Source: Antedon mediterranea (taxonomy: Eukaryota; Animalia; Echinodermata). Taken from it: 64,000 nt of DNA. Location of the stretch: the NCBI RefSeq assembly GCF_964355755.1, contig NC_092672.1:10788001-10852000 (forward strand), read 5' to 3'. The notes below the pieces were generated by a model, which saw only the letters and a program-made list of their open reading frames with translations, did not search any database and was not told the origin of the DNA. This document shows positions 37,771 through 50,742 of the stretch, one piece after another. A program made the translations under genes and the position numbers. Every line of letters begins with the position of its first letter. Within the stretch, counting starts at the first letter, position 1.

Positions 37771-39668
37771 TTGACAAGAAAATAAAACAAAATATTCAAT
37801 AAAAATAAACTACAAAGTATCGTATTCAGCGTTAATTTCACTAATTTCAGGATTACCTGATTAGTAAAATAATAATAATTAGGTTGTCAATAAATGTTGT
37901 AATAGTTTTCAAAAAGTGGCGCAAAAATTCTACAATTTAAGTGAATATAATGTTTCTCCTATGTTATAATCATCATTATAAATATTTCACAAGAATTAAT
38001 ACATGTAAAAAACATTTTCCTGTAAATGTATTGTTATGTCTATGTAAGTTGGTAGTTTGAATATTGTAATCAGCGTTATAATATTGTATCGCCTTGTTGG
38101 TAAAATACACTAACAATAATAATATTGAGAATTATTTGAGAACTTTGTTGTCTCCCTATTTAAACGTCATGCTGAGGGTTGTCTCTGTTGTCAAGATTTC
38201 CAGAAAATAAAGACTACTAGTTCTATATAACGCAATATTGAAAAGATTTTTGTTGAGATCGTTGTTGAACCGAACGTAATGGTAAAATTCCGAGTAGAAA
38301 AGCGCCGAATGCTAAAGGAGCCGAATGTATTAATGATAAAAAGGCAATAAAAAATAACATTTTGACAATATATATTTCGACTTACTATAGGCCTTACTAT
38401 GCTATATAAAATACTATATTTATTATGTCTGAATTTCGACCTACTCTGGCGAAATTTCGACTTACTATATCCTGATACAACAATTTAAGAGATATGCAAC
38501 AAATTTAAGTTCTTTTGATCTTTGATGATTCGCCTCTTGGTGGTGAATTCATTGTTGCAAATCATGTGTTCGTCAGATGTAGTGTGTCATTTTGTAACGG
38601 CTAACTAGCTAAAAACACCAGTATCTGAGAACTTCGCAATTTCACTAAAAGACGCTCCAGTGTAATTGATGAATTTTATTATGATTGAATAACTATTTTC
38701 TGTATTTTGATGTACAATTTATGTTAAAAAGTAATTTATTTTTAATATGTGATTAAGTATGATTATTTTACTTATTTTATAGATACACCCTGTATTCACT
38801 CAAATCATTTTTCTTAGTGTAGGCCCAATGTCGTCGCATTGCCTTTTTTTAACCAGGGGTTAATCACATGGATTCACGTGCATTCATCGGCGTAATTTCG
38901 CTGGATTCTTTTCTTCATGTATCACTGAAGTTGAGTAAAAAGTACAAATTCGCCGAAAACTAATGAGTTTAGCTAAAATTTGCATAACAAAGACTAGACT
39001 TGCCCCAAGTCTGTATTTATTGTCTTTTTTTATTTATTTGTTTTTATTTCGACCACGATTTTTGTCTGAAAATACAGACTTGTGAAACACGTATAGAAAT
39101 CGATTTGCAAACCGCAAACATCCGATAAGAATGACGTAGGTTATCATACCGTACTTGGCTATATGGGGCGGGCGGTATGTAAATATGGATTTCGAATCAA
39201 CCAATGATCATTTTGTTTCAAAATGAAAAAGATCGAGTACGTACGTACAGTGTGCTGAATGTACGATCGAGACTGAAGAACTGTTGAAATATAAAATCGT
39301 GTTGCCAAGTTGTTTTGTTTATTAATTGTTCTGGCCTAGGCCTCCTTCGTAGGCGGGTTCGTAGGGCTACTCAACTCGTACGTATGACCTTCCAAATAAA
39401 ACGCCAATAAGGTACATACCACCACCGACCGGCACACAACAGGGCTACACCACCACACATAACAGGACAGGGTCTGGGTGGGAATTAAATCAAATTTTCT
39501 CCGCATAATAAATGATCCATTCAATGTTTGATTTGGCGGAGAAGCTAGCCTATCATATCACGACGAGTTTTCATGTTCTTGGGAAAAATCTCATCAAATG
39601 TTTACCAGACTACTAGGCATATAAAATCATTTTTAGCCTTCAGAAACTTTCATCAATGTACCCAATAC

Positions 39669-41128
39669 CAAAGAATATATATAACAAGAATGAGTATTCC
39701 GCGATTTTCCCTGTAACAGTAATATTGTCCATGTGGTAGGGCGCCGCCATAAGTGTGGATGTATCTGGGATGTATACAACTTTTTGTGACGGTTTCAATA
39801 ACCAAAGGCTAGACCACCGGTAGTATTTTCATGATAAAAAATGTTATCAACTACATGCCAACATCATGTTAAATACTATTTGGATATTTAATTGTTCGTT
39901 TTATGCAATTTATTTAGTAAAAACTGCCGTATAAACAGTAATTTGCTTTATCTACGATAGCGTGACCGGGCGTGTTGGTGTTTATGCGTTTTCACGAAGG
40001 ATTGTTTAATAATATTCCTATATTTAACTTGTTTCTGGTAAAACAAATAAATGTTAATAACATTTAACATTTTGTCCTATTAATAACATGTATTTTATAC
40101 TAATTTATATCATAAAAACAATACTTAAAGACCCCTTCCCTGCAATTTTGGACGTTTTTTGGAAAATAATACATATATATCACTTTAAAAACATTAAACC
40201 ATGTCATTCCTTGTCTTAAATGTACGTTTTATGGTAAATTATGATAAAAAGTGAGAAACAATGCACTACCTAAGTAGCTCGCGGCGATCGACCTCTCGTG
40301 GACGGTCTTAGGCCTAGCCTAGCTAGGCTTAGTTTTGTAGGCCTAGCTGGTAAACATCGATAACGTACGAACATCATACGCTAGCTATATACCTAGCCTG
40401 ACGTTGTATAGTTGCTGCATTAATTGTCTTTCTATTTTTGCCAGACTCCGTTGATACAAATTGGGGAAAACCCGGTATTTTCGCTGAAAAGTTAAGAGTC
40501 TTCCATTTGTTTTGGCTTCACGATCGATCGAAAAGTGGGCGAATTACAGGTGAAAAACAAAAATATCAATCCGCGCGCAATGCATTTTGGGATTTATAGC
40601 GGGCCGCTATAATTATTAGAATCGATTTATTTTTCACATTTTTAACCGTTTAAAGACAAAAAAAGTTATCGCAATAGGACCATATAGTATTATTTTTACA
40701 TTAAATATAGTTTGTGATCTTAAATTAGATCTAAAAAACGTAGGGAATGGGGCTTTAATTTACCGGGCGTAGAGTAGTACACGGCAATGGTAAAGAATAG
40801 GCCGTGCTGAGTAACGATTCATTGATTTTTGGTGTTGCTGTGTTAGGCCTTTTTTGTGAACTAACTTAGCATGTTAGTAAATAATTGTCTGTAAAAGTGA
40901 ATGTACACTAGTTTGTTAATAAATATGTATTATAAAATAGTTTACAATTGCAAAAACTATTATCATAATTCTATTTAATGTGACATGTATAATATCTATT
41001 AAATCAAGTCTTATTTAGTATGTATACATCCGCCCTTATGAGGGCGGGCATCACTCACTGGAGCTCTCTGTTACAAATTTCTCATGCAAAAATCGCGGAA
41101 TACTCATTCTTGTGATATATATTCTTTG
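39669..41128. mobile_element. Non-autonomous P-superfamily-like DNA transposon with ~40-bp TIRs and a 7-bp TSD
   Basis: CCAATAC|caaagaatatatataacaagaatgagtattccgcgatttt ... aaaatcgcggaatactcattcttgtgatatatattctttg|CCAATAC. CANRG termini with a 7-bp TSD are characteristic of the P superfamily. Confidence 0.85.
40125..40758. mobile_element. TTAA-flanked Kolobok-like MITE nested inside the P-like element
   Basis: TTAA|agaccccttccctgc ... gtagggaatggggct|TTAA. Confidence 0.72.
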
Positions 41129-42839
41129 CCAATACCTAAACGTAACATAGCGCATGCGCATCGTCTTAGACGTTCAGTCTTTGAAATTCTGAAATATGAA
41201 TATTAAAACAACGTACGAGTGAGTAGCCAATGGCATGCGGCTGAAACTAGTCAACTGGATAATTTATGCACCAAGAATTCTTGGTGTCAAACCACGTGAC
41301 TTATGCGTGTTTCCCCCCCCCCCCCCCCCAGACGGAGTATCCAAACTCAAGTAATACACGTATGAAACGCCATATGTGCAAAAATATTTATATTTTTACA
41401 AAACTCCGTCTGGAGCCCAGACTAAACAAAGACGCACACGTGAAAACTGTCGGCAAGTGCGAAACAAAATGTTACCAATCTCTAGTAATTGGTGTCTCAG
41501 CTATAAACGGAATTTCGACATACTATGTCGAAATTCGGCTTACTATTTCTAAATAACATTTATACATATGTGCAATGATTAAGCTTTCGTAAAACAATTC
41601 TTACAGATATTTCAATGATGTTAAACCAGCAAATGCATTAGCTGACAATGTACTTATTTGGTTTCTGGACAAATACCTTAAAAATAAAAACAATATAAAA
41701 ATGTCAATAACTGTCTGTCTGTAGTCTGAATATTAAAAAATAAATACACTTAAAAGTATTTAATCAGCGTTGTAATTAATTTAACTAATTCCAGGATTGC
41801 CCCTTCAATACACGGCAATGGTAAAGAATAGGCCGTGCTGAGTAACGATTCATTGATTTTTGGTGTTGCTGTGTTAGGCCTTTTTTGTGAACTAACTTAG
41901 CATGTTAGTAAATAATTGTCTGTAAAAGTGAATGTACACTAGTTTGTTGATAAATATGTATTATAAAATAGTTTACAATTGCAAAAACTATTATCATAAT
42001 TCTATTTAATGTGACATGTATAATATCTATTAAATCAAGTCTTATTTAGTATGTATACATCCGCCCTTATGAGGGCGGGCATCACTCACTGGAGCTCTCT
42101 GTTACAAATTTCTCATGCAAAAATCGCGGAATACTCATTCTTGTGATATATATTCTTTGCCAATACCTAAACGTAACATAGCGCATGCGCATCGTCTTAG
42201 ACGTTCAGTCTTTGAAATTCTGAAATATGAATATTAAAACAACGTACGAGTGAGTAGCCAATGGCATGCGGCTGAAACTAGTCAACTGGATAATTTATGC
42301 ACCAAGAATTCTTGGTGTCAAACCACGTGACTTATGCGTGTTTCCCACCCCCCCCCCCAGACGGAGTATCCAAACTCAAGTAATACACGTATGAAACGCC
42401 ATATGTGCAAAAATATTTATATTTTTACAAAACTCCGTCTGGAGCCCAGACTAAACAAAGACGCACACGTGAAAACTGTCGGCAAGTGCGAAACAAAATG
42501 TTACCAATCTCTAGTGATTGGTGTCTCAGCTATAAACGGAATTTCGACATACTATGTCGAAATTCGGCTTACTATTTCTAAATAACATTTATACATATGT
42601 GCAATGATTAAGCTTTCGTAAAACAATTCTTACAGAAATTTCAATGATGTTAAACCAGCAAATGCATTAGCTGACAATGTACTTATTTGGTTTCTGGACA
42701 AATACCTTAAAAATAAAAACAATATAAAAATGTCAATAACTGTCTGTCTGTAGTCTGAATATTCAAAAATAAATACACTTAAAAGTATTTAATCAGCGTT
42801 GTAATTAATTTAACTAATTCCAGGATTGCCCCTTCAATA
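40778..42839 (+). repeat. Recent tandem duplication, 2 x ~1.03 kb
   Basis: tacacggcaatggtaaagaatagg...ggattgccccttcaata occurs at 40778-41810 and 41809-42839, almost identical apart from a poly-C tract and a few substitutions. Confidence 0.93.
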
Positions 42840-43100
42840 AACTTGTTATTGTAGTAAAGTCAGAAATAATAACTATTTTGTCAAATAAATTTATAAATAT
42901 TCAAAGTAAAGCATTTAGAAACATTACATTAGTGCAAATAATTTCACACGTATATATGATCATAAAACTATTCTTACAGATATTCCAATGATGTTAAACC
43001 ACGGAGGTAAAAATTGTTCTTTACCTCCATGGTTATAGCAGCATCAAATACGTTGGCTGACAATGTACTTATTGTGTTATTGTACAAATACCTTAAATGT

Positions 43101-43217
43101 AACAAGGCCATATATATGGCTGCAGTCGCGTGCTCAAATTTGAGTTCGTGTTTACCGACCGACAAACCGACCGACCGATATAGCGAGCCGTAGAGTAGCG
43201 TTTGCACGCGACTAAAA
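43101..43217. mobile_element. Short Helentron-associated (DINE-1/HINE-like) element
   Basis: aacaagg start, sub-terminal inverted repeat agtcgcgtgc / gcacgcgact, (gacc)n microsatellite and a terminal hairpin followed by aaaaa; inserted into an A-run of the satellite monomer without a TSD. Confidence 0.7.
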
Positions 43218-45804
43218 ACAATGCAGAGAGTAAGTTTATTATTTAAGTCAACTTTCACTTTCTTATCAATTTATCTCCTATGTCTATGTTCGTCGGTAGT
43301 CTGAATATTCAATAATAAATACATTACAGGTATCGTAAACAGCATAATTATTTTGTTAATAAATTGTTTAAATGTTTAAAAAAAGTTGAGCATTCAACAA
43401 AGTGCATTCCATGAAATGTGTCCAATGATATTAAATAGCAAATACGTTGTTCTTATTCGGTTGTTCGTTGGTAGTATAAGTATTCAATAAGAATACACTA
43501 CAAAGTATTGTAATAAGCGTTATAATTGTATGGCTTAAAGTTGGGAAAATATTTATTAATTTGTTATTTGTATTGACCAATCACAAACAGCCTTTCGTCG
43601 CGTCTATAGAGGGCGAACAACAAATGAGGGCGCTATGTAGGCCTATGCATAGTTTAAATAGTTGTTTTATTTCGTCAAGCAACTTACGTGGTGCGGCGTG
43701 TAAAACGTAGTCTCGTGATGATGTGGATTAATCTACGCGAGTTCAATTCCCAGTAGAAGACTTTTGCCACACGCAAATTACACAGTCAATATCAAACTCC
43801 TCGAGAATTTACTGGATTTTATATGTTATATGGTACACGATAATCACGCGAAAATATCATCGTACTTGAGGAAATATACGATTTACGATCGTCGCAGCAG
43901 TAGTCATGTGATGCAGTTTCAACCAATCACGTTTACATATTTATTATATGTAATATAATAAAATACTGTACCGTATGCAGCGTTATAATTAATTTACTAA
44001 TTTCAGGATTGCCTGTTTAGTAAAGTACTTCATGGCGCAATTGGAAAATTCTACAATATATGTGCACAGAAATATTTCTGATTTCACAAGTATTTGTCTA
44101 TCTATCTATTCTTACAGTCGTTCAGTGATTTTAAACCAACAAATACATTGACTGACAAGCACTTATTATAGTAGAGTAATACAAGTCGAGGAGTTTATAT
44201 TCAAAAACCGATAAATGGCATTAAACAAAATCTAGATGTGCAAATTGCCAGAACGTTGCAAAAAATATCAATGTTTATATTGCGAATCAATTTCACGTTT
44301 TGTTGCCAAGATCGATAAGTACCATGATGCCAATGTTTCTTTATTCCTTAGTCACGTCTAAGAAATAATGACAGTGCTCTTTGACGTAATTTTAGTAAAC
44401 CTGGTGTTTACATATTATTGGTATTGTTATTCTTTTAAATAATTTCATATTCCAGTTAATTGTAACTATTACATGCAATAACATGATAAGAATTCTTAGA
44501 GATATTCCAATTCCAACCAATTAGGTTTATAGCCAATTTTAATGTTACTCAATAAAAGAAAGCTAATTATTTCTTCTTTTTGTGTTTTAATTGTTGTTTG
44601 TATGGTTACGGTCATATACCTAAATGAAGACTTATCAAAGTAGTATCACACTTACAAACGTTTTATTGGATGATATCGATTGTACTGAGTGATTTCAGCA
44701 GCTGTTTAATTACTCCATGAAGAGCACCGTACATGGTCGTCATAGTCTTGATAATTACAGTCACAAGCTCTCGGACATGCTGCGTCTGTAACATGTAAAC
44801 AATAATAAAAAATCTAAAATAGTCCAAACAACTCAAGAATAATAGTTTAAATAAATTGATAAATGAATAAAATTATAATTTGATTTTCAGTCAATTTTAT
44901 TTTTTATTACTTGTTCTTACTCACTAATAAATTATATGAATAGTTTTTAAAAACATATACCGTAATAATTACGATTAGCATTTTAAATTACAAATTTCGT
45001 AATAATGAAGTTGTGTGTATTGAAGATTATAAAAAAAAATGATATGCTCCCAACAAATTAAAAAAAAATATTATAAACTGAAAATAATAACAGGGATAAT
45101 AGTACATTGATGTGATTTCGCGCCGTTCAGCGGAAATTGCCTGGATATTTGGGCACATAGAGTACAAATAATTGTAATATTTGAAACCACTTAAAATAAA
45201 ATTAAGATGAAAAATAAGATTTTTTTATAATGAAGAATATTATGGAAACATAGAAAAGGATATAAATATGGACCGACACGTTATTGTATGGTGGTATTAC
45301 AAATGGAAATGATAACCTTATGAAGTTAAATTAATAGCTATCATAATTATAATTTGTCTTATGTAGCATGTTTTTGTAGACATATTTTAAAAAGGAATTA
45401 TGTTCTACATCAAATTAGTTGGGAAATTGAATATTGGTGAATCCCACAATGAGAAACAAAAATTGTACACGGTCGAAAGTAATGTGACGTGAGTAAACAA
45501 CATTATGCCTAGGCCTACTACTCAGGAAATTGATGCTTACATATTCTAGTAAAAATAATGTGTACAACCGTTTTGAGGACTGGCCTTCAGAAACATTTAG
45601 TGGTGTAATGTAAATCTATAAAGCGTCATATAATACGTTTAGTGGTGTAATGTAAATCTATAAAGCGCCCTATAATACGTTTAGTTTGTACAGTTCAGTG
45701 TTATAAAGCTAGGACTCAATTGGTCAAATTACTTGCGTTGCACAACGCTCTTGCGTTTCCCATGAGCGTGGAAACCAAGCTTTGGTATTTCATCATAAAT
45801 GCAC

Positions 45805-46917
45805 TTAAAATGGACCTGAAATGGAATTTCGATTTTCAAGAAATTCACACATGTTATTTAAATGTATCAAATTAACACAAACCCATACAAATAAAAACAA
45901 AATGTGTAGTATTTTGAGTAAAAACGAAATTTTAAGATACCATGGTAAATTAGCGAAAATTACTCACGCCATTGCAATATTCTATTTCAACGGCCGTCGG
46001 AAGCCTCTATATTCACGACGTCACATATACACACGATGATATCGAGAGCGTGTATGCCGCCCGATAGTCAGTGAATGATCGACGGCCTGGAAAGATACGC
46101 GTAGCGTTGACACTAATACTAATTTATTCAATATCTATTGTTGTTGAAATATATGTCCCTAAAATGTACTTCGTTTGTTCTAAAACCCGAATTTAGAAGG
46201 CCTACCTCCCAAACCTTTACTAGGCCTAGGCCCCCAATCCAGTGCGCGGAGTCGATCCACCACACCCACATCATGCGGCGAGGCTCCGTTTATATCAACA
46301 ACTTGCTGCGCTCATTGTCAAGCCAAAGTAAAATATGAATAAAATTCGTTTTCGAACTGCCTGATTCGTGACAAATAAATTATCATCTCATATTACTAAT
46401 TTAATTCTGCTAAACTAAAAACTAAAGAAACTAACACATTTTAGCAGTATAAATTACGAACGATACAAAATACACGAACGGAAAATATGGATACGCATCA
46501 TTGCGCACGGAGCTGTATCCCGGACAACGTTGCCAGGCCAACTTCGGTATTGCCAGAAAAAAACCGTTGATTTTAAGATTTTAAATTGTCATTTACTCGA
46601 TGAATAACCGTTTATACGGTAATAATTTTATCTAAAAAAATTCTAAATACGTTTCTGCAAATGCACAAGCATTTTTTAGAAAATACTCCATAGATTTCAA
46701 GAGTTATAGCCAAAAAACTGCAAATTGTCCATTGGAGGGATAGGAATATATTCGCAAAGTGACGTCACCCGCGAATTTTTTTGATTTTCAAATGGGGCTT
46801 TCCCCAAAAGGGCCAATTTATATTTTGTAACAATATATATTCTAGCAACACCTAATAGCCCCCAAAACATCCTTCTAAAATGAAAAAAATCGAAAATCCA
46901 TTTCAGGTCCATTTTAA
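45805..46917. mobile_element. Second copy (inverted) of the 1.1-kb TTAA-flanked Kolobok-like element
   Basis: Same TIRs and interior as 13214-14353, with TTAA on both sides and a small internal deletion. Confidence 0.9.
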
Positions 46918-49900
46918 AGGATAAATTGGAAAAGGGCCAGTATGTAGGGCATAAATATCTGAACATGAAACATGCTATACAAAATATTTTTGTATAGGCC
47001 CTAGTATCATTTTAGTCTATAGACAATTATTAATAACATTTTAATCAACACTACTGAATATATAATTAATATGTTAATATTCTCAATAATACAGCTAACT
47101 GGAAATGTAACTCAATCCTACCTGCAACACAGTATACCGGGAACACAACCAACAGTAAGAGGATTTTAAAGATGGCCATCCGGACTGCTGTTTCACAATA
47201 GAAATGAACAACATAGCAGTGAGTTCGCACATTTAAAAGAAACTTATAATTATTTAATGCTTTTTTTAAATAAATTTATATTTTTAAAATTTTTTTTAAT
47301 AAACCATATTTCCAGATTTGATTGACATATCCAGATGTCATAATGTAGACGTGAAGTTCATGTATATACATGTTTAATGAAGTATTATTTTTATAACAGA
47401 AATTGTATCTCTCGAAGTTTTATCTTCGATTAAAATTTCCTTTTTTTTTCTTATAAGATGTATTTTTATGCAGATTGTCTTGTTGATATTCTGAAGTAAC
47501 CCTAGCCCGTATACATATTATAGTCTGTGTAATATTGTATGGGACTGTTAATGAATCAATATCCAAACACCATTAGATGATGACATTCAAGAAAGACATC
47601 ATCAAATCAATCAAATTTTAATTTTAAAATAATGTTGACTATTTTGTACCGGTAGGTTAAACAAACAAACAAAATGAATGAAAACAATCTCGGTTTGCAA
47701 CGCCCGGTAAATCCCGTTAGGATTTTAAGATATAAAATGTACCAAGTACAGGCTAATAACATGTTTAATGTTATCTGGATATTTAATTGTTTGTTTTATG
47801 CAATTCTAAAAGAATGAATACGCGTCAATTGTGATCTAAGTATAACATAAACATAAACATTTAAACCGATTCTCTGTAACATGTTATTTGCATGTAGGCC
47901 CTATTTTTTATTTAATAATTTTATATTATATCATACCAGGCGCTACCAAAGGTGGTTTGTAACCCTCATCAAGCTCCTCATCAAGTAGACATATTAATTA
48001 TGTTTATAGTATAATAGTAAAATAAAATAGTCTCATTACCAACAAAACCATAATTGGATCAGCTCTACAGTATCCGAACAGTTAAGTATTGGTAAAATTA
48101 CAAAAACAGATGCGATATATAGCAACGTATCCCATCCAATATCAGCTATTACATAAGTTCTGCTATATTCTTTTAACATTCTCAATTATTCTTTTCTGTT
48201 AAGTCGTCAGTTATTAAATATAATTTATTATTACAGATAAAGTCTGTACTAACCACAAGCTTTCCATCACAAGCTTTTTTAAAGGTGAACATTAAACTAT
48301 TAGCAGGGAGATTTTATACCCCATACTATTAGGCCTAGGCCTATATATCAAAATAAAAGAAACACAGACCCATATTAATTTAACGTTTTAAATTCATTAG
48401 TGAAGTTAAAACTTTGGAATGTTTTGCCTCTTTCGTTCCGATCCAAAACATACAAAATGTAAATAGTTTCAAAAAGATTGCAAAATATTATTTATTATCA
48501 AACAATACTTAGCGGCCATGTTTTTGTTAATATATTTATCTCTAGCAATGGAAGACGTATTGATATGATTTATACTACAATTGAAATGTACCGCTTTACG
48601 TTTTATTGTTATTTTCATTTATGTGTCTTATATATGTTTTGTTTGCTTTTGAATGTTTTGTTTTGGCGTCCCTGACACAAGCTTTTGCTTTTTTTGGTTT
48701 GATTGATTGATTAATAAAAAAAGAAAACGATATTTAAAAAAGATTCTAATCAATTTCAAGACACATAACGACCATATCAATTACGTTATCTTTTAAACTC
48801 ATATTGAGGGCGTTCTAAGTATTTACTTTTTTCCGTTTTTTTATATCTTGTTTTTCTTTTTTGATAGTAATTTTAACGTATCTCTCCATTTCGAGGCTTT
48901 TTAACATTGAATTAAATACATTGAATATTAGCTTAATAAGAAGAATACAACGAAACGATTGCATTTAAAAGCCGAATTGTTTCTAATGTTATTTATCTTT
49001 TTATATACTTTGGTAGCAGTATTGATGTCAAATTTGTGTGCCTTGAGATAAATATATTCATATAATGTATCTTTCAAATGACTTTTTACACGTTAATATT
49101 TACTAGTTCGTTTACTGTACTTTCAAAGTTGTTTTATAGCATAGGAATCGATGATTGCGAGAATAGGCTGATAGACGCTATTTTTTATGTACAAAAACAT
49201 ATGTGAAAGAAAATCGATGGTTTGGCAGGTTAGACGCTAACTTTATGTATAATTTATTACGAAAATCACAAAAATAGATGTAAAATATTTTATTTAAGAT
49301 ATGTTTCCGACGATTGAGTTTATTTAGACTGCACGTACACATGTTTTTACCCTTTAGTCTTATTTAAGTCGCCAATAATATTCAATGTTCTAGCTCTGTT
49401 AATAGCATCAAAATGCATTGTGGCAATAATGCGTCAATTTTTGTCGATAACAATTTAAAATAATTAAAATTATTCGTACTGTCTGTCTATTCGTGGATTA
49501 ATATACTCCATGGCCTATCCTAACTCAACCACTAGCTTTATTTAATCAAATGTTTGATACCGATAACTAATAATATAAAAACATACTCCAGACCGGGATA
49601 CCATAATATTATGGGGGAAAGAAGTTTTCACTGGGGAGCACCTCCCGAGAGACGTTCCCAATTTAAGAAAGCATGCATGTATTTAGTTCTTTGTTTTTTT
49701 ATTTGAAGAAAATCGACGACCCATTGCAGAAGAATAGACGATGCAATCATATTAAGAAATCTGTCATATTAGGAAATACCATTGTCAACACTGAGAGCAT
49801 TACTGTATGAGTCTCAGCTTGCGAAATAAGTTTTCGATAGACTTCTATCAACCAATGGGTGGTCGTAAATAAACTTTTCTTCTTGTGATCAAAATGCGTT

Positions 49901-50742
49901 AAGAACAAAGGTTGAACTCTACGTTCAGCTACTTTTATCTAAAGTAAGGGTCAAATATATGGGCCTAAGTTGATTTTTTTTCAATCCGAGATGTATTTGC
50001 CTCCTTCCATTTAGATAGAACCTTCTCTTGTGCCAATGATGAGTTATGTCAGTAACCGGGAGGTTAAGCTCTCCTCGTAAGGTCCTGGTATATCCCACGA
50101 CTAAGGAGATAAGCTGGTAATTCCTGAATATTAATAGGATCCTGTTGTTGAGAATGTGTAGGCAAATGTGACATTAAAATGGCATATTAAAAAAATAATT
50201 GTACAAATGGTTTAATCTTTTATGGTTCGCGATAGAGTTTATTTATTAATTTAAAAAGTTTCAATTCTGAAAAATATAAATTTGAAGTAGATTTTAAACC
50301 ATTTTATTTGGTCAATATTCGTATTATTATTATATTAGCCGAATTAATTTGAGTAGGATGAATATTTAATTTGGGTACGTAATATGGCTTACGGCTTAAT
50401 ATAAGAAAAACTAAGGAAGTTGGTGCATGGCAATTGGTATATGACGTCATGGAGGAATTTGTATTCCTCCAGATTTTCAAGAAAGAGAATAATTATAATG
50501 ATCCTTAACGAAGCGTTTTCCAAGATGTTGATATTAAAATCAATAAATGCATTTTAAGCGATAATCATTTATCATCCCCCATGAGGCAATTAAAAAAAGA
50601 AGAAGGAGAAGAATTATAAAATGTTTAAGTTAATGTAATATAAAGTTAAAATTAAATGAAAAGTTTATTTAATAGTCTGATAGCAACAGGCACAAATGAA
50701 TTTTTTTTTTTAGGCCTATATCGGCGGACACATTCAATAAAT

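Larger units (their letters stand above)
25524..38100. repeat. AT-rich satellite array (~455-bp monomer) with higher-order structure and embedded TE fragments
   Basis: Monomer acaattcttacagtttgttcaatgatgttaaa.cagcaaatacgttgtctggcaatgtacttatttgg..aaaacaatgcagag..ggtagtctgaatattc..gtgcacacaatg..acaagtaggttaacat recurs throughout. Near-identical ORF-track peptides repeat at 968, 2401 and 3369-bp offsets. Confidence 0.92.

Noticed and set aside
41266-42585. Duplicated 83-96 aa ORFs (..PPPQTEYPNSSNTRMKRH..)
   Set aside because: They come from the tandem duplication, the start differs because of a poly-C indel, and there is no recognisable domain or splice context.
47090-50600. Possible LDLa/LRR exon remnants (DGHPDC ~47170; LRNLSY, ILSDNHLSS ~49750-50580) belonging to the GPCR pseudogene
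   Set aside because: The matches are very short, broken by stops, and on the opposite strand to the 7TM fragment. They cannot be distinguished from chance without a profile search.
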